Of a stretch of 64,000 nucleotides of DNA, positions 39,127 to 49,975 are shown piece by piece (within the stretch, counting starts at the first letter, position 1; the number at the start of each line of letters is the position of its first letter). Made by a program: the position numbers and the translations under genes. The stretch is from Candidatus Thorarchaeota archaeon (GTDB taxonomy: Archaea > Asgardarchaeota > Thorarchaeia > Thorarchaeales > Thorarchaeaceae), in assembly GCA_003345545.1 (NCBI GenBank), contig PRDH01000015.1:11972-75971 (forward strand), read 5' to 3'. The notes under the pieces were generated by a model. It did not search any database and had not been told where the DNA came from. It saw nothing but the letters and a program-made list of their open reading frames with translations.

Positions 39127-39906
39127 CTATTTATTCAGTCCCCTTATAGCAATAACAGCTGCTCCCAGAGCTCCTGTGAACTGGGGATTCTCAGGAACCC
39201 ATAGTTCGGCTCCAAGTTGCTTTGATAGATGGTGCTTGAATGCAGGATTCAGAGCCACGCCTCCCGTCAGGCAGATGGGTCGAACAATGCCAACACGCCT
39301 AGCGAGAGATGCAATCTTGGTGGCCATCGATGCATGAAGTCCAGCCGCAATGTCCGAAGGATCCTTTCCAGCACCAATATGACAAATGACCTCACTCTCT
39401 GCAAAGACAGTACACGTACTGCTGATTGTCGCCGGTGTCTTTGACGTCAGGGCAAGAGGCCCGAGCTCACTGATGGAGATGCCAAGCACACCAGCCATCA
39501 CCTCAAGGAATCTTCCAGTCCCCGCGGAGCACTTGTCGTTCAACTCGAAGTTCACAGGTCGACCTTCCGGACCGATGCGAATCACTTTTGAGTCTTGACC
39601 TCCAACATCGATTAGAAGACGCATTTCCGGATGCAGGGAGTGAACGCCCACACTGTGACATGTTATTTCGGTGACTGATTGCTCAGCATCTTCTACTTGA
39701 GTACGTCCGTAACCTGTACTTATTATTGGAATACCCTTTAGTTTCATTTTGGAGGAAACCCGTAACTCCTCCATTATTCTCTCAACAGCCTGTGAACCAG
39801 AGGATCCTGTGGGCATGATATACGAAGCGAGAGTCTTCAGAGTGGAATCCACGAGAACGCCCTTTGCAGTGGTTGAACCGATGTCAATACCGATCCCATG
39901 TTTCAT
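39127..39906 (-). CDS. CoA-substrate-specific enzyme activase (HgdC/BcrAD ASKHA ATPase)
   Basis: GIDIGSTTAK, TGYGR, EITCH, DVGGQDSK, NDKCSAGTGRFLE, STCTVFAESE. Start taken at MKHGI. Confidence 0.92.
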   Translation of the reverse strand: MKHGIGIDIGSTTAKGVLVDSTLKTLASYIMPTGSSGSQAVERIMEELRVSSKMKLKGIPIISTGYGRTQVEDAEQSVTEITCHSVGVHSLHPEMRLLIDVGGQDSKVIRIGPEGRPVNFELNDKCSAGTGRFLEVMAGVLGISISELGPLALTSKTPATISSTCTVFAESEVICHIGAGKDPSDIAAGLHASMATKIASLARRVGIVRPICLTGGVALNPAFKHHLSKQLGAELWVPENPQFTGALGAAVIAIRGLNK

Positions 39907-39919
39907 CACAGTCAGTACC

Positions 39920-41161
39920 TCAGAGGAACATCTCAAGAAGCGCATCTACTCGCGTCTGTATCTGAGCCTCGTTATATAATCTCGAATCCACCATGTCACC
40001 CTCTATTACAACTCCCGGAACCCCGGTCCGTTCGCTGACGATCTCTTTCGAAACTAGCTGACCAAGGGAGTAGCGTTTGCATGATCGCACAGAGAACATG
40101 ATGAAGCCATCAAGGTCATAGTCCTCAATCAGCTGACACATCTTGTCTATCTTTGCCTCAAGTCCCTTGTTAAGGTACGAATTGGAATATATGCTCACGA
40201 CGCTCCCATACAGATCATCTGTTTCAATGGCTCCAGACCATGCATGCGTGTAGGTATCAGCCGGAAAGACCACACCTCTCTTTGCCAGACCATTAAAGAA
40301 CCTGAAAATGGAATGCCATGGCGGAATATTGTCCCAGAGTAGACGTATCTTCTCATCGCGGATTGCACCTATGCCTTCTTTCACTCTCGAGTTCACTTCA
40401 TCTAAGAGAGTCTGATAGAAGTCGATGATGATATCAGTACCTCTCATGGAAACCACAGGCGCCATCGTCAAGAAGCGATCAGCGCAGTTCAGCGGCGATG
40501 GTCGATTCTTGCATGCAGCCAAGGATTGATTATAGAGTTTGATAGCTCTACTGGAAAGGTCAGCAACCTCGCGCATTCTCTTCTCTGTAAGGGTGGTGTG
40601 AAAGGTCGTCCCAAGAAAATCCACAAGCCGGTCAATCCCCTTTCTCACATACTCTTTGTGATGCTCAGGTTGTTCGCCTTCAATCGGTGGTGTGTCCAAG
40701 AGAAACACGGGTGCGCCGGTCTGCTCTGATACTGCATCGTACCATCTGAGGACAGTGCCACAGATGTTGTTACAAGCAAGAAGTGCCTGGGGAACTGGTA
40801 GTCCATCCATTGGGCTAGCATTCGGCTTCTCTACTGAACCTATACTTGCTCGTGCATAAGAGCACAACTCCTGCGAGTATCCTATCTCTTCAGCATAGCC
40901 ACACACTTCTGGACCTACCTTCTGAGACCCTACGACAGCTCCATACTGCTCAGGATAACTCACACCAACGCCCATTGCTACAGGAATCTCTACAGGGAAT
41001 CCCGAGGTCACCCATGCAAGACGCTTTTCTTCACTGGCCTGTTGACCCTCTAGCATGTACTGGAACATAATCTGTTGGAGTAGTGAATTTGATTCAAGCT
41101 GGCGATAGGCTTTATCTTCTTTCTTTGTCTCTGTCAATATGCTCACCTCACGTTTTACCAA
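39920..41161 (-). CDS. 2-hydroxyacyl-CoA dehydratase/benzoyl-CoA reductase subunit (HgdA/BcrB-like)
   Basis: ELCSYAR, CNNICGT, IRLLWDNIPPW, RSCK, EGDMVDSR, TRVDAL. Start approximate. Confidence 0.88.
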   Translation of the reverse strand: MVKREVSILTETKKEDKAYRQLESNSLLQQIMFQYMLEGQQASEEKRLAWVTSGFPVEIPVAMGVGVSYPEQYGAVVGSQKVGPEVCGYAEEIGYSQELCSYARASIGSVEKPNASPMDGLPVPQALLACNNICGTVLRWYDAVSEQTGAPVFLLDTPPIEGEQPEHHKEYVRKGIDRLVDFLGTTFHTTLTEKRMREVADLSSRAIKLYNQSLAACKNRPSPLNCADRFLTMAPVVSMRGTDIIIDFYQTLLDEVNSRVKEGIGAIRDEKIRLLWDNIPPWHSIFRFFNGLAKRGVVFPADTYTHAWSGAIETDDLYGSVVSIYSNSYLNKGLEAKIDKMCQLIEDYDLDGFIMFSVRSCKRYSLGQLVSKEIVSERTGVPGVVIEGDMVDSRLYNEAQIQTRVDALLEMFL

Positions 41162-42395
41162 AGGACTCCAAGAAACTCTGAATTCTCACTTCTATGCGAG
41201 ATCTATCAGACAGTTCTGGATCAATAGGGATTCTCACCGTTCGCACTCCTTGCCGGGAAGCTGCTCTCTCGATCGAGGGAGCCTCGAATTCGTCAGGATC
41301 ACAGAAGGACTGCTCAAATACCATCAAACCATCAACTTCCAGTGGTCCGAGAAGCCCTTCAAGATAGCTCATCCGATGACCAAGGCCTTCCTGGGTTGGT
41401 TCTCCCGGAGCTGATAAGATAGACTTCGCCATTTCTTCAAAGGGGTCACCTTCCACATCCAAGGGCGGAGTAAACGCCGTCTTGAAACCAAAGGAGAGAA
41501 GATCGAGAATAAGTATTGAATCAATGAATCCGCGGACACCAGTGATGATATTAGCAATTGCTTGGGGCTCCACCATACCACCAGCAACGGCAATCCTTGG
41601 TCTGTGTGATGATTTGAGTTTCTTGATCTGGGAGAAGTGTCCAGTCTTGAATGCCTTGAGAATGGATGTGACAACGCTAGAGAGTGCCATTTTCTTAATT
41701 CTATTATGAACCAGTGATGTAGTGTTATGTAGCTCCAATCCGACTGCAGGGAGTGGCGTCGTAAGAAAGGCTCGCATCAGACGACAGAGTTCGGTATAGG
41801 ACAGCACTGCTGGTTCTGCAACTCTTGCACTGTATAGATACTGCGCATCTTCGCGAAATTGACCGACAAGTGAAACAGCACGTTGATAGTTCTCTGATAG
41901 AAATGGACGATCTAGCGATTCCTCAATTCCATCACTCAACAGCTGAAGCTCCTTTGCTAGGTATCTCACAATAGAACCATCTTTGACATGCCTCGTAGCA
42001 GGATATGTCAGTCGGAAGACCACATCATCAGGGAAACGAAAGCGCCACACGTCTGAAAGATTGTGAAGAGAATCACAGGTGTTGCTTGGAAAGATAAGAC
42101 CAGCGATAGATGGCATCTGATCGTTAGTCCTCTGGCTGTACAGATTCCTGACATAAGAACAGGCGAATGTCTGCAGACTCTCTTCAAATCCGCCGGATAC
42201 TCCCGGCAGACCTCGCAGGAGGGACGGTGTCAGACCATGAGCAAGTATCAATTCAAGTGGTGTATGGGGATAGATGTAACCTATGACCTCCTCTCCGGCC
42301 TTGAGAAGCTGCCGCAGGCCAGCACTAGACTGTTCAAGTATTCCTTCGTAACTCAATATTGCTCCCTCGCACAACTGCAGGGTAGTAATAGTCAA
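41148..42395 (-). CDS. 2-hydroxyacyl-CoA dehydratase/benzoyl-CoA reductase subunit (HgdB/BcrC-like)
   Basis: P.ELI.AHG, LQTFACSY, TCDSL, FCDPDEF, RIQSFLE. Start approximate. Confidence 0.82.
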   Translation of the reverse strand: MTITTLQLCEGAILSYEGILEQSSAGLRQLLKAGEEVIGYIYPHTPLELILAHGLTPSLLRGLPGVSGGFEESLQTFACSYVRNLYSQRTNDQMPSIAGLIFPSNTCDSLHNLSDVWRFRFPDDVVFRLTYPATRHVKDGSIVRYLAKELQLLSDGIEESLDRPFLSENYQRAVSLVGQFREDAQYLYSARVAEPAVLSYTELCRLMRAFLTTPLPAVGLELHNTTSLVHNRIKKMALSSVVTSILKAFKTGHFSQIKKLKSSHRPRIAVAGGMVEPQAIANIITGVRGFIDSILILDLLSFGFKTAFTPPLDVEGDPFEEMAKSILSAPGEPTQEGLGHRMSYLEGLLGPLEVDGLMVFEQSFCDPDEFEAPSIERAASRQGVRTVRIPIDPELSDRSRIEVRIQSFLESFGKT

Positions 42396-42551
42396 TCTCT
42401 AGCACCATCCATCTTATTTGTTATGCTACGGCAAAGAATCTCTGTCAGTAGAAGGAAATATGAGGAGCTAATGTTATGCTGAATGACCAGACTTCAACTG
42501 AACTTGACTACGATGACTCGTATCAAGTATCAATATAGAGAGGAGAATAAC

Positions 42552-44303
42552 ATGGAAGAGATGCTTTGGCACAAATACAAGTGGCCAAAAGAAGCGCCCC
42601 ATTCACTCGAATATCCGGACGAGCCACTCTATGCTTTGTTAGACAAAACAGCCAACGAGCATGGTGACCTGCCGTTTACCGTGTTCATGGGGATGAAGAG
42701 AACTTACGCAGAAGTAAGAGAAGATGCTAATAAGATTGCGAACTATCTGGCAAGCATTGGGATCAAGAAGGGCGACAGGGTTGCGATTTTCATGCCCAAC
42801 ATGCCGCACTACCCGCCAGTATTCTTTGGTATTTTGAAAAGCGGAGCAACTGCAGTCACATGCAATCCACTCTACAAGCCCGGAGAACTCAATTTCCAGC
42901 TGAAGGACTCTGGCACAAGAGTAGTCTTTGTGCTGGACCACCCGGTCTTCACACCATCATGCTACGAGGCGATTAAGGACACAAAAGTGGAGAAAGTGAT
43001 TGTCTGTAACGTGAAGTCATTCCTGCCCAAGGTAAAGGCAGTACTGGGTGGACTCCTTGGGAAGATACCCAAGAGCCCCTTCTACGAGGATGATAAGACT
43101 GTCTTCTATGATGACATCTTGGCGAATTCCGAAGCAAAGCCGCCCGATGTTAAGTTCAACCGTAAGGATGACGTGGCGCTGATACTCTACACCGGAGGCA
43201 CAACAGGAGTACCAAAGGGAGCAGCATTGCTTCACAGTAACCTGTACTCAAACGTCCTCCAGATCTTCAACTACGCCTGGATAGACCCGAAAGACCATCC
43301 TCAGAGCGGCAGAATGCGCATTGGCGAAGAGGTGGTTGTTGGTGCCCTGCCATGGTACCATAGCTATGGCCTCACTCTGAGCCTTCTCATGTCAACCTAT
43401 CTTGCGGGGCAGCTTGTGTGCGTTCCAGACCCACGTGCTGGAAAGCCTCCAATGACAGAGTTGTTGAAGGAACTTGAGAAGAACAAGGGATCGATTCTCA
43501 ATTGCGTGCCAGCACTCTACGCAGGTATTGTCAACAACCCCAAAGTGAAGGAGTTCAATCTGAGATCAGTGAAAGTCTGTAGTTCGGGAGCAGCTCCACT
43601 TCCTCCTGAGCTTGCTAAAAACTTTGAAGATATCACAGGAGCAATCCTCTTTGAAGGATATGGGTTGACCGAAACTTCACCAGTGACACATATCAACCCT
43701 ACGAACAAGACAAACCGCAAGTTTGGGTCAATTGGTTTGCCAATACCAGACACGTACTGCAAGATTGTGGACCTCGAAACAGGCGCCAAGGAGTTGCCGA
43801 TTGGCGAAACTGGCGAGTTAGCTGTATCGGGGCCACAGGTGATGCAGGGATATTGGAACAAACCAGAAGAGAACAAGCAGGTCTTCCGTCAGATTGATGG
43901 AAAACGCTTCTTCCTCACCGGTGACATCGGACACATGGACAAAGAGGGTTTCACTGTAATCTCTGACAGAAAGAAGGACATGGTCAATGTAGGTGGTCTG
44001 AAGGCATATCCGCGAGAGATTGAGGATATACTCTATGAACATCCCAAGGTGCAGATGGCTGCGGTCATTGGTGTACCGAGGAAGGAGGATCGAAGCAACG
44101 AGTTTGTCAAGGCCTTTATAGTCCTCAAGCCCGGAGTCGAGGCAACACCCGATGAGTTCATCGAGTGGTCGAAGGACAAGATGGCTGGCTACAAACGACC
44201 CAAGGAAGTCGAGTTTGTCGCCTCGCTGCCGCTCACTAATGTTGGAAAGGTCCTGAGAAGAGAACTACGGACCAAGGAATTACAGAAGAGAGGCTTGGCG
44301 TAG
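42552..44303 (+). CDS. fadD: Long-chain fatty acid--CoA ligase
   Basis: YTGGTTGVPKG, EGYGLTETSP, TGDIG, DRKKD, YPREIE, VGKVLRR. Confidence 0.9.
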   Translation: MEEMLWHKYKWPKEAPHSLEYPDEPLYALLDKTANEHGDLPFTVFMGMKRTYAEVREDANKIANYLASIGIKKGDRVAIFMPNMPHYPPVFFGILKSGATAVTCNPLYKPGELNFQLKDSGTRVVFVLDHPVFTPSCYEAIKDTKVEKVIVCNVKSFLPKVKAVLGGLLGKIPKSPFYEDDKTVFYDDILANSEAKPPDVKFNRKDDVALILYTGGTTGVPKGAALLHSNLYSNVLQIFNYAWIDPKDHPQSGRMRIGEEVVVGALPWYHSYGLTLSLLMSTYLAGQLVCVPDPRAGKPPMTELLKELEKNKGSILNCVPALYAGIVNNPKVKEFNLRSVKVCSSGAAPLPPELAKNFEDITGAILFEGYGLTETSPVTHINPTNKTNRKFGSIGLPIPDTYCKIVDLETGAKELPIGETGELAVSGPQVMQGYWNKPEENKQVFRQIDGKRFFLTGDIGHMDKEGFTVISDRKKDMVNVGGLKAYPREIEDILYEHPKVQMAAVIGVPRKEDRSNEFVKAFIVLKPGVEATPDEFIEWSKDKMAGYKRPKEVEFVASLPLTNVGKVLRRELRTKELQKRGLA

Positions 44304-44312
44304 ACTGGACTA

Positions 44313-44345
44313 GCGGGAGATCCTTCTCCCGCATTCTTCTTTTTT
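44313..44345 (+). terminator. Probable intrinsic terminator
   Basis: GCGGGAGA-TCCT-TCTCCCGC followed by ATTCTTCTTTTTT. Confidence 0.7.
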
Positions 44346-44443
44346 GATTCCTCAAGACATATGAGGGACTGTAGCAATATCCTAGTGGTAGGTAGTGATT
44401 AGACATCACAGCGATTCGCTACCGAGAGAGGAGATGAAGTGAG

Positions 44444-46195
44444 TTGGATGATGTATACTGGCGGTCAGGCGTTGCATGGCCAAAACGTGCTAGAAAGACC
44501 CTGGACTATCCAAAGGAACCCCTATTCGCCATGTTGGATAGGGCGGCTGAGAAGAGCGGAAACTCACCCTACACTGTATTCATGGGAAAATCACAGACAT
44601 ATAGCGAAGTGAGAGAACACGCAGACAGGATAGCCAATTTCCTCACCAGCAAGGGAATCAAGGGAGGAGACAAGGTCGCCATCTTTCTCCCTAATGTGCC
44701 CCACTTCCCTGCCGTGTTCTTTGGTGCACTCAGGGCAGGGGCAAAGGTGGTGACATGTAATCCATTATACAAGGCCGGCGAGCTGAATTACCAGCTGAAG
44801 GACACTGGTGCACGCATAGTGTTTGCATTGGATCATCCAACCTTCACACCAATATGCTATGAGGCTATCAAGGGCACTGATGTCCATACCGTGGTTGTAT
44901 GTAGCGTAAAGCCATTCCTGTCCAAAGTGAAGGCAGTGCTGGGAGGACTTCTCGGGAAGATACCAAAGAGCCCATACTACGAAAAAGACAAGACCGTCTT
45001 CTATGAACAGATTCTATCCACATATGAGCCCAAGGCGCCTCAAGTCACCATCGACCCAATGGACACAGCAGTTCTGATCTACACTGGGGGAACAACAGGA
45101 AACCCGAAGGGTGCTGAACTGACCCACCATAATATGACATCAAATATACTGCAGATAGCAGAGTGGGTCTATTTGGAGGAGGAGGATGCAGAGAGATCGG
45201 GCGGCGTCAGGTATGGAGAAGAGGTCTTTGTCGGGGCAATACCCTGGTATCACAGCTATGGCCTCACGCTGACAATGCTTATGGCCACATGGCTCGGAGG
45301 AAGACTGGTATGCATTCCTGATCCTAGATCTGGAAAGCCGCCTCTGTCCGATCTGCTGAGCGAGCTGTCAAAAACCAAGGGAACTGTCTTGAACTGTGTG
45401 CCCGCACTCTATGCCGGTATCGCAAATCATCCCAATGTCGGAAAATACGATTTGTCGTCGGTCACGATCTGCAGTTCAGGAGCTGCACCACTGCCACCAG
45501 AAGTTGCCAAGGCTTTCGAAGCAGTGACAGGTACACTTCTCTTTGAGGGGTATGGACTCACTGAAACTTCACCAGTGACCCACATTAATCCAACGAACAG
45601 CAGATATCGCAAGTTCGGCTCGATAGGCCTCCCAATCTCAGACACAATCTGCAAGATAGTTGACATGGAAACAGGGACGCGAGAGATGCCAATTGGTGAG
45701 GTTGGCGAGATCGCAGTCCACGGCCCGCAAGTCTTCAAGGGATACTGGAAGAAGCCCGATGAAACTGCGAATGTGATACGGACATTTGGCGGGAAGCGTT
45801 TCTTCCTGACAGGCGATATTGGTAGAATGGACGAGAATGGATACACCTTCATCAGCGATAGAAAGAAACAGATGATCAATGTCGGTGGTATGAAGGCATA
45901 CCCACGGGAAATCGAGGACATACTGTTCACCCATCCGAAGGTACAGATGGTAGCAGTTATAGGAATCCCCCGTGAAGAGGATCGCAGCAATGAGTTCGTC
46001 AAAGCGTACATTGTATTGAAAGATGGTGAGAGAGCAACACCTGAGGAGTTCATTGAGTGGGCGAGAGATAAGATGGCAGGTTATAAGCGTCCTAGAGAGG
46101 TTGAGATTGTAGCCAGTCTGCCTATGAGTAATGTTGGGAAGGTGCTGAGAAGAGAACTGCGCGATGCCGAGCTCAAGAAGAGAGGTTACACATAA
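44444..46195 (+). CDS. fadD: Long-chain fatty acid--CoA ligase (tandem paralog)
   Basis: Same adenylation motifs, collinear with 42552-44303. Confidence 0.9.
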   Translation: MDDVYWRSGVAWPKRARKTLDYPKEPLFAMLDRAAEKSGNSPYTVFMGKSQTYSEVREHADRIANFLTSKGIKGGDKVAIFLPNVPHFPAVFFGALRAGAKVVTCNPLYKAGELNYQLKDTGARIVFALDHPTFTPICYEAIKGTDVHTVVVCSVKPFLSKVKAVLGGLLGKIPKSPYYEKDKTVFYEQILSTYEPKAPQVTIDPMDTAVLIYTGGTTGNPKGAELTHHNMTSNILQIAEWVYLEEEDAERSGGVRYGEEVFVGAIPWYHSYGLTLTMLMATWLGGRLVCIPDPRSGKPPLSDLLSELSKTKGTVLNCVPALYAGIANHPNVGKYDLSSVTICSSGAAPLPPEVAKAFEAVTGTLLFEGYGLTETSPVTHINPTNSRYRKFGSIGLPISDTICKIVDMETGTREMPIGEVGEIAVHGPQVFKGYWKKPDETANVIRTFGGKRFFLTGDIGRMDENGYTFISDRKKQMINVGGMKAYPREIEDILFTHPKVQMVAVIGIPREEDRSNEFVKAYIVLKDGERATPEEFIEWARDKMAGYKRPREVEIVASLPMSNVGKVLRRELRDAELKKRGYT

Positions 46196-46327
46196 GTCAA
46201 CTTCAATCACAATAAGAAACATAGGTACAGCCTGTGCTGGGTCAGATTGGCTGGCGTTCGTACATTTCGTTTATTAGTGAGTTGTGACTAAGAATGTGAA
46301 CTATCACTCTAATCGATTAGAGGAGAG

Positions 46328-46981
46328 GTGAACGATATGGCTGGGTCGTGGAAGAGAATTGGTGCCTATTTGGGAATACTTGGTGGAATCATTTTCATCA
46401 TTACAACGTTCATAGCAATGCTGACATATCCGGGAGGATACTCATTCTTAGAGAACTACTTCAGTGAGCTTGGGTTGACAGTAATAAATAGTCAACCATC
46501 AATGCTGAACTATGTTCTGTTCAATATCGCATGTACAAGTGCTGCAGTCTGCCTAGTGCCGTTTGTATTCGCGATGCGCACAGTATTCACAGAAACTGGG
46601 GTGCTGAAGGGCTTGAGCTGGGTAGGCACCATTCTGGTGATTGCTGCTGCTCCAAACCTATCAGCCCTTGCGTTGTTTGCTGCAAATCTCTTTGGGTATG
46701 AGCATTTTCTGACGACGATGCTCTTCTTCCTACTCATAACCTTGGGAATTCTCATCTACTCAATTGCCATACTTCTCAACAAGAACTACGGGAACCTCTA
46801 TGCTCTGATTGGGTTCGTAGTCGTAGTGATCTGTTTCCTTCACGTCGGAGCTTTCTTCAGCTCAGCATTTGACATGTTTGGAACAGCTCTATGGCAGAAA
46901 CTATCAGTCTACGCGCTGATTCTGTGGTCGGCATTTCAGGGATACAGACTCCTGAAGGTAATTGATGGAAAGGCTGAATAA
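46328..46981 (+). CDS. DUF998-like membrane protein
   Basis: YPGGYSF..NYFSELG motif and about 5 TM. Confidence 0.65.
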   Translation: MNDMAGSWKRIGAYLGILGGIIFIITTFIAMLTYPGGYSFLENYFSELGLTVINSQPSMLNYVLFNIACTSAAVCLVPFVFAMRTVFTETGVLKGLSWVGTILVIAAAPNLSALALFAANLFGYEHFLTTMLFFLLITLGILIYSIAILLNKNYGNLYALIGFVVVVICFLHVGAFFSSAFDMFGTALWQKLSVYALILWSAFQGYRLLKVIDGKAE

Positions 46982-47041
46982 CTCCATGGAGATACAAAGG
47001 GACCAGATCTTGGGTAGCCACCGCGAGGGTAAAACGGAGGC

Positions 47042-47569
47042 TCAGCCAGACTTTCCAGAACCCGACTTCTTGTGGCTCTTACCCAACTCAATGTAGAGCT
47101 GTGCACCGGTCATGAAACTCTCGCGAAGCGCTTCAGAGACCTCCTTCACAACTTTTCCGGGAATGCCCATGACAAGACTTCCATCCGGAATGACCGAATT
47201 ATTGGTCACGACAGAACCAGCTCCGATGACACAGTCATTGCCAACCTCGGCACCATCAAGAACAATAGAACCCATCCCTACGACTGCACGGTCTCCAATC
47301 TTGCATGCGTGTATCACACAGTTATGACCAGCTGTCACATAATCACCAATGATAGTGGGATGCATGAATGTGGTGTGTACTGTGGCATTGTCCTGAATCG
47401 ACGTGCCTTTTCCAACCCGTATGTAGTTCATGTCAGCTCGAAGCACAGCAAACTCCCAAATGCTTGAATCAGCACCGACCTCAATGTCACCAATCAGAGA
47501 GGCTCTGGGAGATATGTACGCTTCAGGGTCAACCCTTGGTTTCTTACCATTGAACTCGTAGAGACCCAT
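47042..47569 (-). CDS. Gamma-carbonic anhydrase family (YrdA/PaaY/CaiE-like) hexapeptide-repeat protein
   Basis: LRADMN.I.VG..TSIQDN.TVH and GHNCVIHAC. Start taken at MGLYEF. Confidence 0.9.
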   Translation of the reverse strand: MGLYEFNGKKPRVDPEAYISPRASLIGDIEVGADSSIWEFAVLRADMNYIRVGKGTSIQDNATVHTTFMHPTIIGDYVTAGHNCVIHACKIGDRAVVGMGSIVLDGAEVGNDCVIGAGSVVTNNSVIPDGSLVMGIPGKVVKEVSEALRESFMTGAQLYIELGKSHKKSGSGKSG

Positions 47570-47685
47570 AGTATTCCACCTAAGACGGCAACTGGCGCTC
47601 AGTGCCTTTAAGAGTGTTGTCATGGAAATGGCGCCAGAACACATTTTACATCCTGTTGTGTCTACAATTGATGGGAGGCATAACA

Positions 47686-49404
47686 GTGATTCTATTGGAT
47701 CCCAATAACCTCACTCGCAAATACTCGGATGCTGAATCGAAGAATATAATGAAGAAGACCGTCCAGTTCTTTGAGAACAAGGGAAAAGTCGCCCTCAAGA
47801 ATGATGACCATGAGAGAGTCTGGTACCAAGACTTTCTAGACTTCGTGAAGAAGAATGAGATTTTCTACAAATTACTCACGCCTAGTAAGTATGGTGAGAA
47901 GGGATGTAGATGGGACACATGGCGGAACATGGAGTTCAATGAGATACTGGCATTCTATGGTCTTCACTATTGGTACACCTGGCAGGTCTCAATTCTCGGT
48001 CTTGGGCCGATTTGGATGAGCAAGAATGAAAAGGCGAAGAAGAAGGCAGCGAAATACCTCAAGCAGGGGGAAGTCTTTGCATTTGGCTTGAGCGAGAAGA
48101 ATCATGGTGCAGACCTCTACTCATCTGAGATGAGTCTCAAGGTACTAGGAGACGGCAAATACATTGCTAATGGCTCCAAGTACTATATCGGGAATGGAAA
48201 CGTCGCGCGAATGGTCTCGGTCTTCGGAAAGACAGATGTTCCCTCAGACCCTGAGAATGCCAACTACGGTAACTATGTCTTCTTTGCCGCAGACTCTCAG
48301 CATCCAAACTACGAGTGTGTCAGAAATCTGGTGAATGTGCAGTCATACGTTGCTGAGTACAAACTCAACGACTATCCTATTTCAGAGGCAGATATTCTAT
48401 CCAAGGCGAGAGAGGCTTGGGACTGCACACTGAACACTGTCAATGTAGGCAAGTTCAATCTCGGATGGGGATCGATTGGTATCTGTACACATGCTCTCTA
48501 CGAGGCCATCAATCATGCATCCAACAGATACCTCTACGGAAAATATGTTACCGAGTTCTCGCATATTCGACAGTTCTTCACTGATGCATATGCCCGATTA
48601 GTCGCCATGAAACTCTTTGCCCTCAGAGCTGGGGACTACATGAGGACTGCATCTCTAGAAGACAGACGCTATATCCTCTACAACTCTCTCGTGAAGATGA
48701 AGGTCACGAGTGAAGGCGAAAAGGTGATTGACCTCTTGTGGGACATCATTGCGGCACGTGGCTTTGAAGGGGAAACCTACTTCTCAATGGCAGCAAGAGA
48801 TATTCGTGCGCTGCCAAAGCTCGAGGGAACAGTTCATGTCAACATGGCACAGATCATCAAGTTCATGCCAGCGTACTTCTTCATGCCTCAGGAATACCCG
48901 GTTGTGGGTACAATATCTGAGCCAAAGGATGATGAGTTTCTCTTCAATCAAGGTATCACAAAAGGCCTGAGCGGTATCAGATTCCATGACTATCGAGCTG
49001 TATACGACACGGTAGACCTGCCCAATGTGAACATCTTCAAGAAACAGGTTGAGGTGTTCAATGAGTTCATGACTGAAGCAACACCTGATGAGAAACAGGG
49101 CGAGGACCTTGATTTCATACTGAATGCAGGAGAGCTGTTTTCCTTAGTGGTCTATGGGCAACTCATAATTGAGAATGCCAAGATCTACAAGATATCGGAC
49201 TACTTGCTCGATCAGATTTTTGATCTCATGGTTCGTGACTTCTCAAGGTATGCCCTCCAGATGTATTCGAAACAGAGCACTACAGAGAAACAGCAGGAGA
49301 TACTGCTGAGGATGATTATGAAGCCCCATGTAGACAGGGAGAGGTATGAGGCAATTATCAAGGAAGTCTATTCGTTGAATGGAAGATATGAGATGCGCAA
49401 GTAG
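47686..49404 (+). CDS. Acyl-CoA dehydrogenase
   Basis: AFGLSEKNHGAD, ANGSKYYIGN, KLEGTVHVN. GTG start after GGAGG. Confidence 0.9.
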   Translation: MILLDPNNLTRKYSDAESKNIMKKTVQFFENKGKVALKNDDHERVWYQDFLDFVKKNEIFYKLLTPSKYGEKGCRWDTWRNMEFNEILAFYGLHYWYTWQVSILGLGPIWMSKNEKAKKKAAKYLKQGEVFAFGLSEKNHGADLYSSEMSLKVLGDGKYIANGSKYYIGNGNVARMVSVFGKTDVPSDPENANYGNYVFFAADSQHPNYECVRNLVNVQSYVAEYKLNDYPISEADILSKAREAWDCTLNTVNVGKFNLGWGSIGICTHALYEAINHASNRYLYGKYVTEFSHIRQFFTDAYARLVAMKLFALRAGDYMRTASLEDRRYILYNSLVKMKVTSEGEKVIDLLWDIIAARGFEGETYFSMAARDIRALPKLEGTVHVNMAQIIKFMPAYFFMPQEYPVVGTISEPKDDEFLFNQGITKGLSGIRFHDYRAVYDTVDLPNVNIFKKQVEVFNEFMTEATPDEKQGEDLDFILNAGELFSLVVYGQLIIENAKIYKISDYLLDQIFDLMVRDFSRYALQMYSKQSTTEKQQEILLRMIMKPHVDRERYEAIIKEVYSLNGRYEMRK

Positions 49405-49480
49405 ATCATGACCGTCCGACTCTTGTTTCTTCGATAATAGCAAATAGCCAGGCTTATCACCAACTGGATGTTGAATCAAG

Positions 49481-49960
49481 ATGCCGGTTATGCCGTTCCA
49501 TATCCACTTGCATTTCTATTCTCCAGGGCAGACGAGCATCTATCCCTGCCTGGATTAATCGTTGGCTCAGTCATACCTGACATTGAAGTCCCATTTATGG
49601 GGATGTTCTTTGCCAGTCTTCCAGACCATCTCTTCTTGCACGGCCTTCTTGATGCTTTGACGATTGGAACTCTGCTTGCGGCTGCCATTACACGTTTTCT
49701 GTACACACCGATTGTGTCGCATGTCTTCGGGGTTGAGAGAGATGAACTGAACTAGGTATGTCGAGTAGGTCCTTGGATGGCAGTATCTTGTTTCCTTGGA
49801 GTGACAACACATTTGGTGCTTGACTTTCCGATGCACTGGTATAATTCTATTCTCTGGCATTGGGCAAATCCGTATCACACTATTGGTTCGCTATTTCTCT
49901 TGTTTATGCCGATCTTTGATATCTGGGCTGCTTATTTGAATGCCAGTACAATCATGCATG
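49481..49960 (+). pseudogene. DUF4184-like membrane protein pseudogene
   Basis: MPV.PFH/YPLAF start broken by a 1-nt frameshift near 49500. GLIVGSVIPDIE and THLVLD..H motifs. In-frame TAG at 49753-49755; 3' end truncated. Confidence 0.7.
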
Positions 49961-49975
49961 TTGGGCCATGCCCCA

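Noticed and set aside
49753-49755. Pyrrolysine read-through of the in-frame TAG
   Set aside because: The same gene also has a frameshift and a 3' truncation, so decay is the simpler explanation.
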